A stretch of 64,000 nucleotides of DNA from Candidatus Doudnabacteria bacterium (lineage in GTDB: Bacteria > Patescibacteriota > Doudnabacteria > UBA920 > O2-02-FULL-48-8), in assembly GCA_023246005.1 (NCBI GenBank), contig JAHFJG010000007.1:7312-71311 (forward strand), in the 5' to 3' direction. A program made the position numbers and the translations under genes. This document shows, in pieces, positions 1 to 8,701 of the stretch. The notes under the pieces are model-generated. The model saw only the letters and a program-made list of their open reading frames with translations. It did no database searches and was not told the DNA's origin. Position 1 is the stretch's first letter. The number at the start of each line of letters is the position of its first letter.

Positions 1-502
1 AACAATTATTATCGTTATTGTTTTGCTTGTCGGCGGTGGATTTTATATTTATAAAAATTCCAGTAAAGTAGGCCAACCTTCACAAGGAAAAAATCTTCCA
101 GATTTGATAATTGACTCAATCTCATATAAAGTTGCGCCTCCGTCGCATGATTCATTTGACATGCCAGTTCTTGGCCCTGGAAAAACTTTGGAATTTACAG
201 TTAAGATAAAAAACATTGGTGACGTTCCTCTTACAAATCAATTTTATATCTCGAATAGCAGATCAAACTCAGACTTTACTAGCGACTATTACTCCCATAC
301 CCAAATTGTAAATGACAATAAGCAGAAAGTTGGTCCTGGCGGAACAATAGACGTAAAAATCCTAGATTCTGTTAATGAAGATACTAACAAGGTGCGTTTT
401 CTCATCGCCACCGACGGCAAGACTGGACAGAAAGATGTTCCCTTACCTAAAATTGAAGAACAAAACTATCAAAACAATACTTACGAACTCCTAGTGAAAT
501 AG
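1..502 (+). CDS. Membrane-anchored CARDB/Ig-like domain protein, probably 5' truncated by the window edge
   Basis: Hydrophobic N-terminus then PDLIIDSI...FTVKIKNIG pattern typical of CARDB. Confidence 0.6.
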   Translation, partial: TIIIVIVLLVGGGFYIYKNSSKVGQPSQGKNLPDLIIDSISYKVAPPSHDSFDMPVLGPGKTLEFTVKIKNIGDVPLTNQFYISNSRSNSDFTSDYYSHTQIVNDNKQKVGPGGTIDVKILDSVNEDTNKVRFLIATDGKTGQKDVPLPKIEEQNYQNNTYELLVK

Positions 503-814
503 GAGAATTTGCCCCCAAAGAAAAACTTGTCATGCCAGAGGCAGATCCGCCTCTGGCGGAAAATTGTTAATCTTCGCTCCGGAATCTTTTTTGCCCGCCC
601 GAAACGTCAGACGTTTCCCGCCCATTCCGAGTCCGCCGGAGGCGGACGAGGAGCAAATTCCGTTCGAGCTATTTTCAGAATACACCGCCTATCCCGGGCT
701 GTACCCGGATCGTCCATTTCGTTCCCAATATTTGGCAAATGTATCTGGTCTGCCGCGGAACAAAGAAAGATACAAGTTAATTTGTTCATCACTGATCTGC
801 TGTTGCATGTAGAA

Positions 815-1867
815 TCAGTTCTTTCGGTAACGCGTGGTCCGACCTTGTCCCACGCGCTCGACTTTTTTAAGCCGGATTAGCGTTTCAAGCGCTTGGGAAA
901 CCGTGGGCCGGGCGACTTTTGCGGATTTTGCGATTTCGCCAGGTGTCGCCTCGGATACGCGTTCAAGATACTTCCAGACAGCAAGCTGTTTGGGAGACAA
1001 AAGTTTCTCAATATTTTCTTGAGAAAGAAGCTTAAGAGCGGCTTGGGCTTGGGCCAGGCAAATGTTGAGAAAAAATTCCAGCCACGGCAAGACAGTTTCG
1101 TGGTCTGTCCGGAATGTTTTTTGCGCTTGACGGAGCGAGATATAATATTCCGCTTTATTGTCTTCAATTAACTTTTCATGCGACACGTATGCTACATATT
1201 CATAACCCGTTCGCAACATTAATAAGTTTGTGAGCACGCGGGAAAGACGCCCATTACCGTCCTGGAACGGATGGATATTTAAAAATTCAACCAGAAAGTT
1301 AGCGATAATCAGCAGTGGATGCGATTCACCCGTAAGCAACGCTTCGCGCGTCCAATCAACTAACTCCTGCATGGCTTTTGGAGTAAGGTATGTCGGAGCC
1401 GTGTCAAACAGAATGCCGATTGATTCTCCGACTTCATTTATCATTTCAACTTTATTTTCGGTTTTTTTGTATTCTCCGCGATGCCGTTCGTCCTTTTCCG
1501 CGTATTTAAGTAGCTCTTTATGGAAATGTTTGATTGTGCTTTCAGAAAAATGGATGTGTTTCCAGGAATTCAAGACATTGTCCAGCAGTTCGTAGTAGCC
1601 TTTGACCTCTTGTTTGTCTCTATTCTTAAATTTTTGCATGGAAAGCCCGCGCATTAATTTTTCCACGTCTTCGTCAGTGAGTTTGGCACCTTCAATTCGA
1701 GTTGAAGCTCCAGTTGAGGTAATTAACACTGAACGTTTAAGACGCCCTAGTGCTTGCGGGTTAAGTTTAGCTCCGCCAATCCACTGGCCTTTGAGTTCGT
1801 CAATTTGATTGATCAAAAGCCAAATTTTTTGCGGTAAATTTTTGATTCGCCTGTCCATCTGGCTCAC
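815..1867 (-). CDS. Fic family protein with C-terminal winged helix
   Basis: HPFQDGNGRLSR Fic motif. Confidence 0.95.
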   Translation of the reverse strand: MSQMDRRIKNLPQKIWLLINQIDELKGQWIGGAKLNPQALGRLKRSVLITSTGASTRIEGAKLTDEDVEKLMRGLSMQKFKNRDKQEVKGYYELLDNVLNSWKHIHFSESTIKHFHKELLKYAEKDERHRGEYKKTENKVEMINEVGESIGILFDTAPTYLTPKAMQELVDWTREALLTGESHPLLIIANFLVEFLNIHPFQDGNGRLSRVLTNLLMLRTGYEYVAYVSHEKLIEDNKAEYYISLRQAQKTFRTDHETVLPWLEFFLNICLAQAQAALKLLSQENIEKLLSPKQLAVWKYLERVSEATPGEIAKSAKVARPTVSQALETLIRLKKVERVGQGRTTRYRKN

Positions 1868-1985
1868 ATTGAAGAAGTTAATTTAATATATAGTATATAT
1901 GAGATTATATTAGATTTATAATGATCTGTCAACTTGATAGTCTTATAGACCGGCCCTTCAAAATCCCCATATTTTAGGGTATGAT

Positions 1986-2030
1986 GAGAGTGGGGCGACC
2001 CGAGTAGTTCGAGTCGCTTGCTCTCCGCCA
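1986..2030 (+). other. tRNA-Ser-like 3' fragment/minihelix (possible att remnant)
   Basis: GTTCGAGTC...CTCTCCGCCA matches the 3' end of tRNA-Ser at 4092-4101; folds as a hairpin. Confidence 0.45.
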
Positions 2031-2098
2031 GTTGGAACACCCTTTTTTCAAGGGCTTTTTTTTATAACTGCCTATTTATGGTAAAATATAGCTTACTT

Positions 2099-2158
2099 GC
2101 CCAGTAGTGTAATTCGATTTTTAAAGGCGATTAGCCTATCGAATTTCTACTACTGGGG
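2099..2158. repeat. MITE-like inverted-repeat element (CCCAGTAGT-AATTCGAT family)
   Basis: Arms 2099-2118 and 2138-2158; second copy at 39015-39127. Confidence 0.7.
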
Positions 2159-2161
2159 CTT

Positions 2162-2187
2162 TGTAACAAATCTTAAAGACAAACGTC
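2162..2187 (+). promoter_or_regulatory. Putative ECF sigma autoregulatory promoter
   Basis: TGTAAC-N16-CGTC just upstream of the sigma ATG, implying a near-leaderless mRNA. Confidence 0.55.
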
Positions 2188-2194
2188 TTAGTTT

Positions 2195-2731
2195 ATGATA
2201 GAGGAAGAATTAAAACGCAATCTGCAAAAAGCCCAAAATGGCGACCAAGAAGCTTTTGGCGCAATTTATGACCATTTTGCAGATAAAATTTACAGATTCA
2301 TCTACTTCCGCGTCAGCAACAAGGAAGTGGCTGAAGATATTTTATCTGACACTTTTGTCAAAGCTTGGCAGAAAATCAATCAGATCAATTCAGCTGCTGC
2401 CCTCTCCGCCTGGATTTACCAGATTGCCAAAAATAACATCATCGATTATTACCGTCTGAAAAAGGATCTGGTTTCTCTGGATGAAGTTGAAGAAATTCTA
2501 GAAGTCGAGATCAGCCCCATCGATACGATGGAAGTTAATCTCCAACAAAAAAAAATTTTAAAAGTTTTGGATCAGCTTTCAGAAGATCAGCGACAAGTTA
2601 TCGCATACCGTTTTTTTGAAGATTTATCAATTGAAGAAATTGCTTACGTCATGAGCAAGACCCAAGGCGCGGTTCGCGTGTTACAACACAGAGCAATTGC
2701 CAGGCTCAAAGAAATATTAGGCAAAAAATAG
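2195..2731 (+). CDS. ECF RNA polymerase sigma-70 factor
   Basis: Region 2 (AEDILSDTFVKAW, WIYQIAKN) and region 4 HTH (SIEEIAYVM...RAIARLK). Confidence 0.95.
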   Translation: MIEEELKRNLQKAQNGDQEAFGAIYDHFADKIYRFIYFRVSNKEVAEDILSDTFVKAWQKINQINSAAALSAWIYQIAKNNIIDYYRLKKDLVSLDEVEEILEVEISPIDTMEVNLQQKKILKVLDQLSEDQRQVIAYRFFEDLSIEEIAYVMSKTQGAVRVLQHRAIARLKEILGKK

Positions 2732-2732
2732 C

Positions 2733-3797
2733 ATGGAATTAGATTACCCCCGACGCAAGGTCGGGGCTCCGACTGAAACGTCGGAGGAAAAGTTAATAGA
2801 CGAGATCACCAATCGTTTAAAAACTAATGGTGATGTTTCTGTTTATAAAAAAAACCGAAAGATTACCGGCTTCGTAACTTTACTTTCAAAACTTAATGAT
2901 TTGCCAAAAACAATTATTCCCTCTGCTGACCTGTTAAGAGTCAAAAATCAAATGCTTGATCGAATAGTAGTTCCGCAGATAAAGCAGGAAACTTATAGTT
3001 GGTTCGGTTTTACTGCAACGCTTCCTCAAATCTTGAGAATTAGCGCGGGAGTCCTCGGCACCTTACTGATTGTTATCAGCTTAAGTCTAGGTACAGCTGT
3101 CGTTGCATTAAACAGTGTTCCTGGACAAGCCGTCTATCCTCTAAAGAAAATCGTTGAAAATATTGAACTGAAACTTGCTTCTCAAGACCAGCAAACAAAT
3201 CTACAACTTAAATTTGCGGATAACCGCATTGATGAACTCCAACAGGTCTTGCAACAACAGCAAAGCGGCCAATTATCGCCCCAGGATGCTCAAAAAATCG
3301 TATCTGCTACTGTCAAAGATATCCAGAAATCTACCATTGCAGCTGCCAAGTCCGCGACTGCTCAACAGCCCAAAACCGTTATCGCCACCAAACTGGCTGA
3401 CATTTCAAATAAGCTCAAGATTGCTTCAATCCAAAGCGAAGGCCAGGTCAAAATCGAACTTGAACAAGCCAGCCAAGATATTCAACAAGCTGGAATTAAA
3501 GCGCAAGGCTCGTCTACTGTCTCTGACAATTCAGTTTCCGCTCAGGGCAAATTAACGGCTGTTGCTGATACCTATGTCAGCATTGGCAGTGCGAAATTTT
3601 TGATCAATAAAGATACTAAGTATGTCGACATAACAGCCGCGGACTTAAAAATCGATCAAGTCGTGGACATTGAAGGCCAAATCGTTGAAAATAAAACGTA
3701 TGCTCAAACAATAACTTTAGTTGCTGATCTTAAAACTTCTTCTGATATTAAAACCGATTCTTCTGCCACCCAAACTATACCTCCTGTTTCACAGTAA
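2733..3797 (+). CDS. DUF5667-type membrane protein, probable anti-sigma partner
   Basis: Single TM followed by SVPGQAVYPLKKIVENI motif; coupled to the sigma gene. Confidence 0.75.
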   Translation: MELDYPRRKVGAPTETSEEKLIDEITNRLKTNGDVSVYKKNRKITGFVTLLSKLNDLPKTIIPSADLLRVKNQMLDRIVVPQIKQETYSWFGFTATLPQILRISAGVLGTLLIVISLSLGTAVVALNSVPGQAVYPLKKIVENIELKLASQDQQTNLQLKFADNRIDELQQVLQQQQSGQLSPQDAQKIVSATVKDIQKSTIAAAKSATAQQPKTVIATKLADISNKLKIASIQSEGQVKIELEQASQDIQQAGIKAQGSSTVSDNSVSAQGKLTAVADTYVSIGSAKFLINKDTKYVDITAADLKIDQVVDIEGQIVENKTYAQTITLVADLKTSSDIKTDSSATQTIPPVSQ

Positions 3798-3913
3798 GCT
3801 TACTAAATTTTCTAGTTATGGGGTTAACCCATAATTTCCAAAAGGAAGAAACTCATATGCGGGAAGGGCCATGGTGAAAACCATGGCCTTTTCTGTTATA
3901 ATGACACCTGGAA

Positions 3914-4010
3914 GGAGAGGTGCATGGGTGGTTTAAACGGACAGTCTTGTCCCGCCGTTAGCGGGATCCCGCCAACGTTTAAAAATTAACAGCAGTGGCG
4001 GGAAAAACCG
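3914..4010 (+). pseudogene. 5' half of a tRNA-Ser(TGA) interrupted in the anticodon by a palindromic element
   Basis: GGAGAGGTG...ACAGTCTTG then TCCCGCC...GGCGGGA insert then AAAACCG; no T-arm. Confidence 0.65.
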
Positions 4011-4013
4011 CAT

Positions 4014-4101
4014 GGAGAGTTGCGCCGAATGGTAAGGCACCAGTCTTGAAAACTGGGGCCCCGTAAGGGGCTTGCAGGTTCGAGTCCTGCACTCTCCGCC
4101 A
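4014..4101 (+). tRNA. tRNA-Ser(TGA)
   Basis: Cloverleaf with long variable arm, anticodon loop CTTGAAA, GTTCGAGT, G73-CCA. Confidence 0.95.
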
Positions 4102-4108
4102 AAAATTC

Positions 4109-4597
4109 ATGGAAAATAAACCACACAACAAATTGCCTGAAGGCATCATCTGGAAAGCTCTAAGCCATGAGCCGCAACGCCGGCCACCTGGCTGGTATCT
4201 TGCTTTCGCCCTCATCTCTTTGGGTTTGATAATTTTTGGGCTTTATAGTCACAGTATCCTGACAGTTGTTACTTTTTGCGTCATCATATTTTCAGTCTTG
4301 CTGCTTGGCAATTTACAACCAAGCGCGGTCACGTACAAAGCCACCAAAACCGGGATTGCCTTGGGCAATACAATCTATCCTTATAAGATTATTAAAACTT
4401 TTTGGATTGTGTATAATCCGCCAGAAGTTAAAACTTTGAATTTTGAAACCACGGCCTACTTTAACAATCAGCTAACTCTACAGTTAGGAAATCAAAATCC
4501 AATGGAGTTAAAGAGGTTTTTAAACCAATATCTGCAAGAAGATTTGAACCGCGAAGAATCAATGACTGATACTCTGGCCAGACGACTGAAAATTTGA
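4109..4597 (+). CDS. CPR-type membrane protein (DUF5673/PH-like)
   Basis: Two TM helices plus C-terminal beta domain. Confidence 0.65.
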   Translation: MENKPHNKLPEGIIWKALSHEPQRRPPGWYLAFALISLGLIIFGLYSHSILTVVTFCVIIFSVLLLGNLQPSAVTYKATKTGIALGNTIYPYKIIKTFWIVYNPPEVKTLNFETTAYFNNQLTLQLGNQNPMELKRFLNQYLQEDLNREESMTDTLARRLKI

Positions 4598-4617
4598 TAA
4601 GATTTAGCCTCAATAAT

Positions 4618-4692
4618 GCGCTCGTCGTTCAACGGATAGGACTCAAGCTTGCGGAGCTTGTAATCGAGGTTCGATTCCTCGCGAGCGCACCA
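4618..4692 (+). tRNA. tRNA-Arg(GCG)
   Basis: Anticodon stem CAAGC/GCTTG, loop TTGCGGA, GTTCGAT, CCA end. Confidence 0.93.
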
Positions 4693-4744
4693 AGAATAAA
4701 TGGCGGCACCGTTGCCGTTTTTTATTTGCTATAATTGAACAAAT

Positions 4745-6814
4745 ATGTTTGACCTTACAATTCCAATTGAACAACTTTACTTGGTCGGTCCGGCGCGCGC
4801 CAAGTTGCTGAAAAACCTTGGCATCAAGACACTGGAAGACCTGCTTTTTTATTTTCCCCGCGCCCACAATGATCTGTCCAAGTTTACCTTGATTGCCGAT
4901 CTGAAACTTGGCGATAACGCCAATGTTAAAGCCAAAATTTTGGAAGTCAAAAGTTTCCGCACCAAGATCCGCAGATTTACTCTGACCCAGGCTTTGATCG
5001 AGGACGATACTGCGAGTATTCTTTGCGTTTGGTTTAACCAACCGTTTCTGACCAGAGTTTTGAAAAAAAATGAATACTTTATTTTTTCTGGCAAAGTCAC
5101 AATTAGCAAAAATAGGCTGCAGCTGCAAAACCCAGTTTATGAACAAGAACGGGACGAGCAGATTCATACTTCCCGCCTTGTTCCTCTCTATTCTCTAACT
5201 GCCAATCTAACCCAAAAACAATTGCGCTACATTATCAAAACTTATCTTGATAAAGTTACGATTCCTGAATATTTACCCAAAGATATTTTACAGAAAGAGA
5301 AGCTATTAAATGAAAATTACGCGGTCAAAACCTTCCACTTTCCTAAAGATTATTCGGCTCTAAATCAGGCGCAGAACCGTCTGGCATTTGATGAAATCTT
5401 CCAAACCCAGGTGCGTGTCCTGCAATATAAAAAAACGCGCGAGCAAAAAAATTCTTTCAAAATTAATGTTGATGTTGATTTAGCCGACAAAATAAAATCA
5501 CTCTCATTTGAATTAACAGCGGGACAAAAACAAGCCCTAGCTGAAATTATTAATGATTTTAAAAAGCCTTTCCCGGCCAATCGCCTGCTTGAAGGCGATG
5601 TCGGATCAGGCAAAACCATCATCGCCGCTCTGGCAGCTTATTTAATGGCTCAAAATGGCCTTCAGACTGCAATTCTGTCACCTACTGAAGTCTTGGCCAA
5701 TCAGCATTATTTCAACTTTTTAAAGCTGTTTGCCCGCGATAATTTTGATATAGCGCTTCTGACTTCTTCGCAAGCCCATTTTAACGGCAATCCTGCTACT
5801 CGCGCTACAGTTATTTCTCAAATTACATCGGGCAAAGCCAAAATTATTTTAGGCACCCACGCGCTGTTGGAAAAAGAAATTAAATTTGCCCAGCTTGGTT
5901 TGGTCATAATCGATGAGCAGCACCGCTTTGGCGTGCAACAACGCTCAATCCTGAAGCAAATCAGCAATGCCCATCTCCTGACCATGAGCGCCACTCCGAT
6001 CCCCCGCACTCTGGCTCTTACTTTGTACGGCGATTTGGATTTATCGCAACTAAAAGAGTTGCCGGCAGGCCGTCAGAAAATTTTAACGAAAATCGTGGCT
6101 GAAGAAAATCGAACCAAAGCTTACGAATTTATTGCCAAACAAATCGAATCCGGTAGACAGATATTTGTCATCTGTCCTCTCATTGATGACTCGGATAAAT
6201 TAGGAGTTAAATCAGCCACAGCTGAATTCAAAAAATTAGCCAACGAAATATTTCCACAATTCGAAGTTGGGCTTCTTCACGGTAAACTCAAAACCGCTGA
6301 AAAAGAAAAAACTATGCAGCAATTTTCCGCCAAAGGCGGATCCGCCTCCGGCGGAAAAGACTCCTATATCGACATTCTGGTGTCCACATCTGTGATCGAA
6401 GTTGGCGTGGATGTGCCCAATGCATCTGTCATGATGATTGAAGGCGCCCAGCGGTTTGGCCTGGCCCAGCTTCACCAGTTCCGCGGCCGCGTGGGCAGAA
6501 GTGACCATAAATCGTATTGTTTCCTATTTTCTGATGATCCAAACAGCATCAACAATCCTAGACTACAAGCTCTGGTGGAAAGCAATAATGGCTTTGATCT
6601 GGCGGAAAAAGATCTGCAAATCCGAGGAGCCGGCGATCTTTATGGCACCAAGCAATCAGGCTATGATTTTAAAATCGCCAGCCTGAACAATCTAGATTTA
6701 GTTGAGCGGTCCCGAAACTATGCTGAAAAACTTTTGGATCAAGATATTAACTTGAACAATTATCCCCTTTTGAAACAAAAAATGGATAGTCAACCCCTTG
6801 TGCATTTGGAATAA
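4745..6814 (+). CDS. recG: ATP-dependent DNA helicase RecG
   Basis: GDVGSGKT, DEQHRFG, SATPIPRT, QFRGRVGR motifs. Confidence 0.98.
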   Translation: MFDLTIPIEQLYLVGPARAKLLKNLGIKTLEDLLFYFPRAHNDLSKFTLIADLKLGDNANVKAKILEVKSFRTKIRRFTLTQALIEDDTASILCVWFNQPFLTRVLKKNEYFIFSGKVTISKNRLQLQNPVYEQERDEQIHTSRLVPLYSLTANLTQKQLRYIIKTYLDKVTIPEYLPKDILQKEKLLNENYAVKTFHFPKDYSALNQAQNRLAFDEIFQTQVRVLQYKKTREQKNSFKINVDVDLADKIKSLSFELTAGQKQALAEIINDFKKPFPANRLLEGDVGSGKTIIAALAAYLMAQNGLQTAILSPTEVLANQHYFNFLKLFARDNFDIALLTSSQAHFNGNPATRATVISQITSGKAKIILGTHALLEKEIKFAQLGLVIIDEQHRFGVQQRSILKQISNAHLLTMSATPIPRTLALTLYGDLDLSQLKELPAGRQKILTKIVAEENRTKAYEFIAKQIESGRQIFVICPLIDDSDKLGVKSATAEFKKLANEIFPQFEVGLLHGKLKTAEKEKTMQQFSAKGGSASGGKDSYIDILVSTSVIEVGVDVPNASVMMIEGAQRFGLAQLHQFRGRVGRSDHKSYCFLFSDDPNSINNPRLQALVESNNGFDLAEKDLQIRGAGDLYGTKQSGYDFKIASLNNLDLVERSRNYAEKLLDQDINLNNYPLLKQKMDSQPLVHLE
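6326..6355. repeat. 30-nt double-hairpin palindrome inserted in frame in recG (SAKGGSASGG)
   Basis: TCCGCCAAAGGCGGATCCGCCTCCGGCGGA; relatives at 534-560, 30923-30973, 43597-43638. Confidence 0.85.
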
Positions 6815-6876
6815 TCCTGCTAAAATAATTGCGTTCATGTACTGCTAGTTCACCCCAATCAGACAGGAGGTTTCCT

Positions 6877-7065
6877 ATGCCCCAAGCGGATCAGCTCGGC
6901 CGCAAGATGCGCAAGCAGGTTGCCAAGTTCCGCAGTCAATTGGCGCGAAAAAAGATCCATACGAAAACGGATCTCGACGCCATGACCCGTGACATGCACC
7001 CTGAGGACTACAAACGCATCGCAGGTCTGATTCCGCACGTTTTCCCGGCGGCACGGCCGTCGTAA
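6877..7065 (+). CDS. Small basic hypothetical protein (62 aa)
   Basis: AGGAGG Shine-Dalgarno before ATG 6877. Confidence 0.55.
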   Translation: MPQADQLGRKMRKQVAKFRSQLARKKIHTKTDLDAMTRDMHPEDYKRIAGLIPHVFPAARPS

Positions 7066-7174
7066 GATCAACGCTTCGTTGTCGATCGGAGGTGCGTTGT
7101 GGGACACGCTCGCCCACCACCCCAAACATTGCTTCTGTCCACCCGACTATTAACGCACATCGTGGAGACAAGCA

Positions 7175-7399
7175 ATGGCAGACCAAACTTTCCCATTCGT
7201 GGTAAGAGTCAACGGAAATATCAGATTCGTTCAACCGCAGCCCTTCAAGGAAGGAGCCCAGGCCACAATCGAAGGCGCGATGCCTAACGGTCAATTCGTG
7301 CATGTAAGGGAGCACAACCGACCTTTACATATTGACCGGTTCGACTTAAACGACGAGCAGCTGGATCTCATCCGTAACAAGCACAAGAGAGACTCGTAG
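7175..7399 (+). CDS. Small hypothetical protein (74 aa)
   Basis: GGAG SD before ATG; plausible composition. Confidence 0.5.
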   Translation: MADQTFPFVVRVNGNIRFVQPQPFKEGAQATIEGAMPNGQFVHVREHNRPLHIDRFDLNDEQLDLIRNKHKRDS

Positions 7400-7590
7400 A
7401 TAAAGTTTAAAGGCCTGAAGAGCAGAAAAAGGGGTAAATGACAGTCAATTCTGTGCTTCAGACTTTTAAGCGTGTTACCTTAGCGGTGAGAGACAACCTG
7501 ACTCCCGATGACTGTCGGGAAGGCCAAACTCAACCCAAAAGGTGACAGCCAGGTGGCTCACTACCAGCGGGCCACCTGGTCTATTTTCCC

Positions 7591-7619
7591 GCCGAAACGG
7601 CTTCCGTTTCGGCTTTTTT
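7591..7619 (+). terminator. Intrinsic terminator
   Basis: GCCGAAACGG-CTT-CCGTTTCGGC followed by a T-run. Confidence 0.75.
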
Positions 7620-7663
7620 ATTTCGACGAAGTCGAAATACTCCGACCGCGGAGCGCGTCGGAG

Positions 7664-8692
7664 TTACTTAGTAATCGTATAAAACTTTTGATCAGATGTG
7701 TTTGTAAAATACAAAGTGTTGCCAATCATTAGCAGATTACTGGCGCGAATATTTGAATCCGGCTCGAAATAACTTTCTTGTTTGAAAGTCGTCAAATCTT
7801 CTTTCACGAACACATCTGCTTTGTTGTCTTTTTTTGGTACAACCGCATACAAATACCTTCCGTCCGGATCAAAGGCAACTTTGTCCAGGGTCGTATTCAG
7901 AGAAAGATCAGTCGCTTGATGATTAGTAAAGTCATAAACATACAACTTTGGATAGGCTGCAATCGAGCTTTGCGCAAATACAAACCGGCTGCTGTTTGGA
8001 AGCCAAGAAGCTGCGATATTTTTACCCTGTTCGACGACAGTGGTAATTTCTCCTGTATTTAAATTTGCCGAATAAATTTTATTCGTATCGCCCTGTAAAT
8101 TTGATCGGTACAGAAGCGCGGTTTTTCCATCAGATCCGGCTTTCACGATTAAATCCGGCCAAAACACATCTGCAATCTTCTGAAAACCGCTGCCATCAGC
8201 ATTGGCGATTGCTAATTGTTGGTGAACATTATCGCCTGACTGCCAAATATACGCCACGCGCCTGGAATCCGGCAACCAATCCAGACTTTTAATATTGGCG
8301 GGTAAATTGACATAAATTTTCGATATATTATTATAATAATTTTTAATTTCATTGGCGCCAAAACCAGTGATTGCGATAAAATCCGAACCAGTCTTGGGCC
8401 ACAACACGCGGGTTAATTTGCCGCTGGACAAAACCGGCAATGGAAATTCCGACAAGCCGGTACCGTCAAGATTTACTCGAAACAACCGTCCGTCTGAATT
8501 AAAATACCATATCGCAGAATTATCAAATGAAGCGATCGGCGAAATCGCCATCTCATCCAAAACTTTTTTTATTTGAGGAGCTGCGACAACCGGTTGTTTA
8601 TTTTGTTTTTTAACCGCAATGAATAATAACCCGCCAGTGCCGGCAAGGATTAAAATGCCCAATGAAATTATAATTATCAGTCGTTTATTCAT
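7664..8692 (-). CDS. Membrane-anchored TolB-like beta-propeller protein
   Basis: N-terminal TM; repeated W-x-P-D-S/G blades. Confidence 0.7.
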   Translation of the reverse strand: MNKRLIIIISLGILILAGTGGLLFIAVKKQNKQPVVAAPQIKKVLDEMAISPIASFDNSAIWYFNSDGRLFRVNLDGTGLSEFPLPVLSSGKLTRVLWPKTGSDFIAITGFGANEIKNYYNNISKIYVNLPANIKSLDWLPDSRRVAYIWQSGDNVHQQLAIANADGSGFQKIADVFWPDLIVKAGSDGKTALLYRSNLQGDTNKIYSANLNTGEITTVVEQGKNIAASWLPNSSRFVFAQSSIAAYPKLYVYDFTNHQATDLSLNTTLDKVAFDPDGRYLYAVVPKKDNKADVFVKEDLTTFKQESYFEPDSNIRASNLLMIGNTLYFTNTSDQKFYTITK

Positions 8693-8701
8693 AAATTAAA
8701 A

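Noticed and set aside
509-880. ORFs 509-880, 564-812 and other short antisense or shifted ORFs in the track
   Set aside because: Arise from GC-rich palindromes or overlap well-supported genes; no motifs
6059-6078. LPAGRQ in RecG as a palindromic insertion
   Set aside because: Falls at the native RecG LPxGR motif and lacks DNA symmetry
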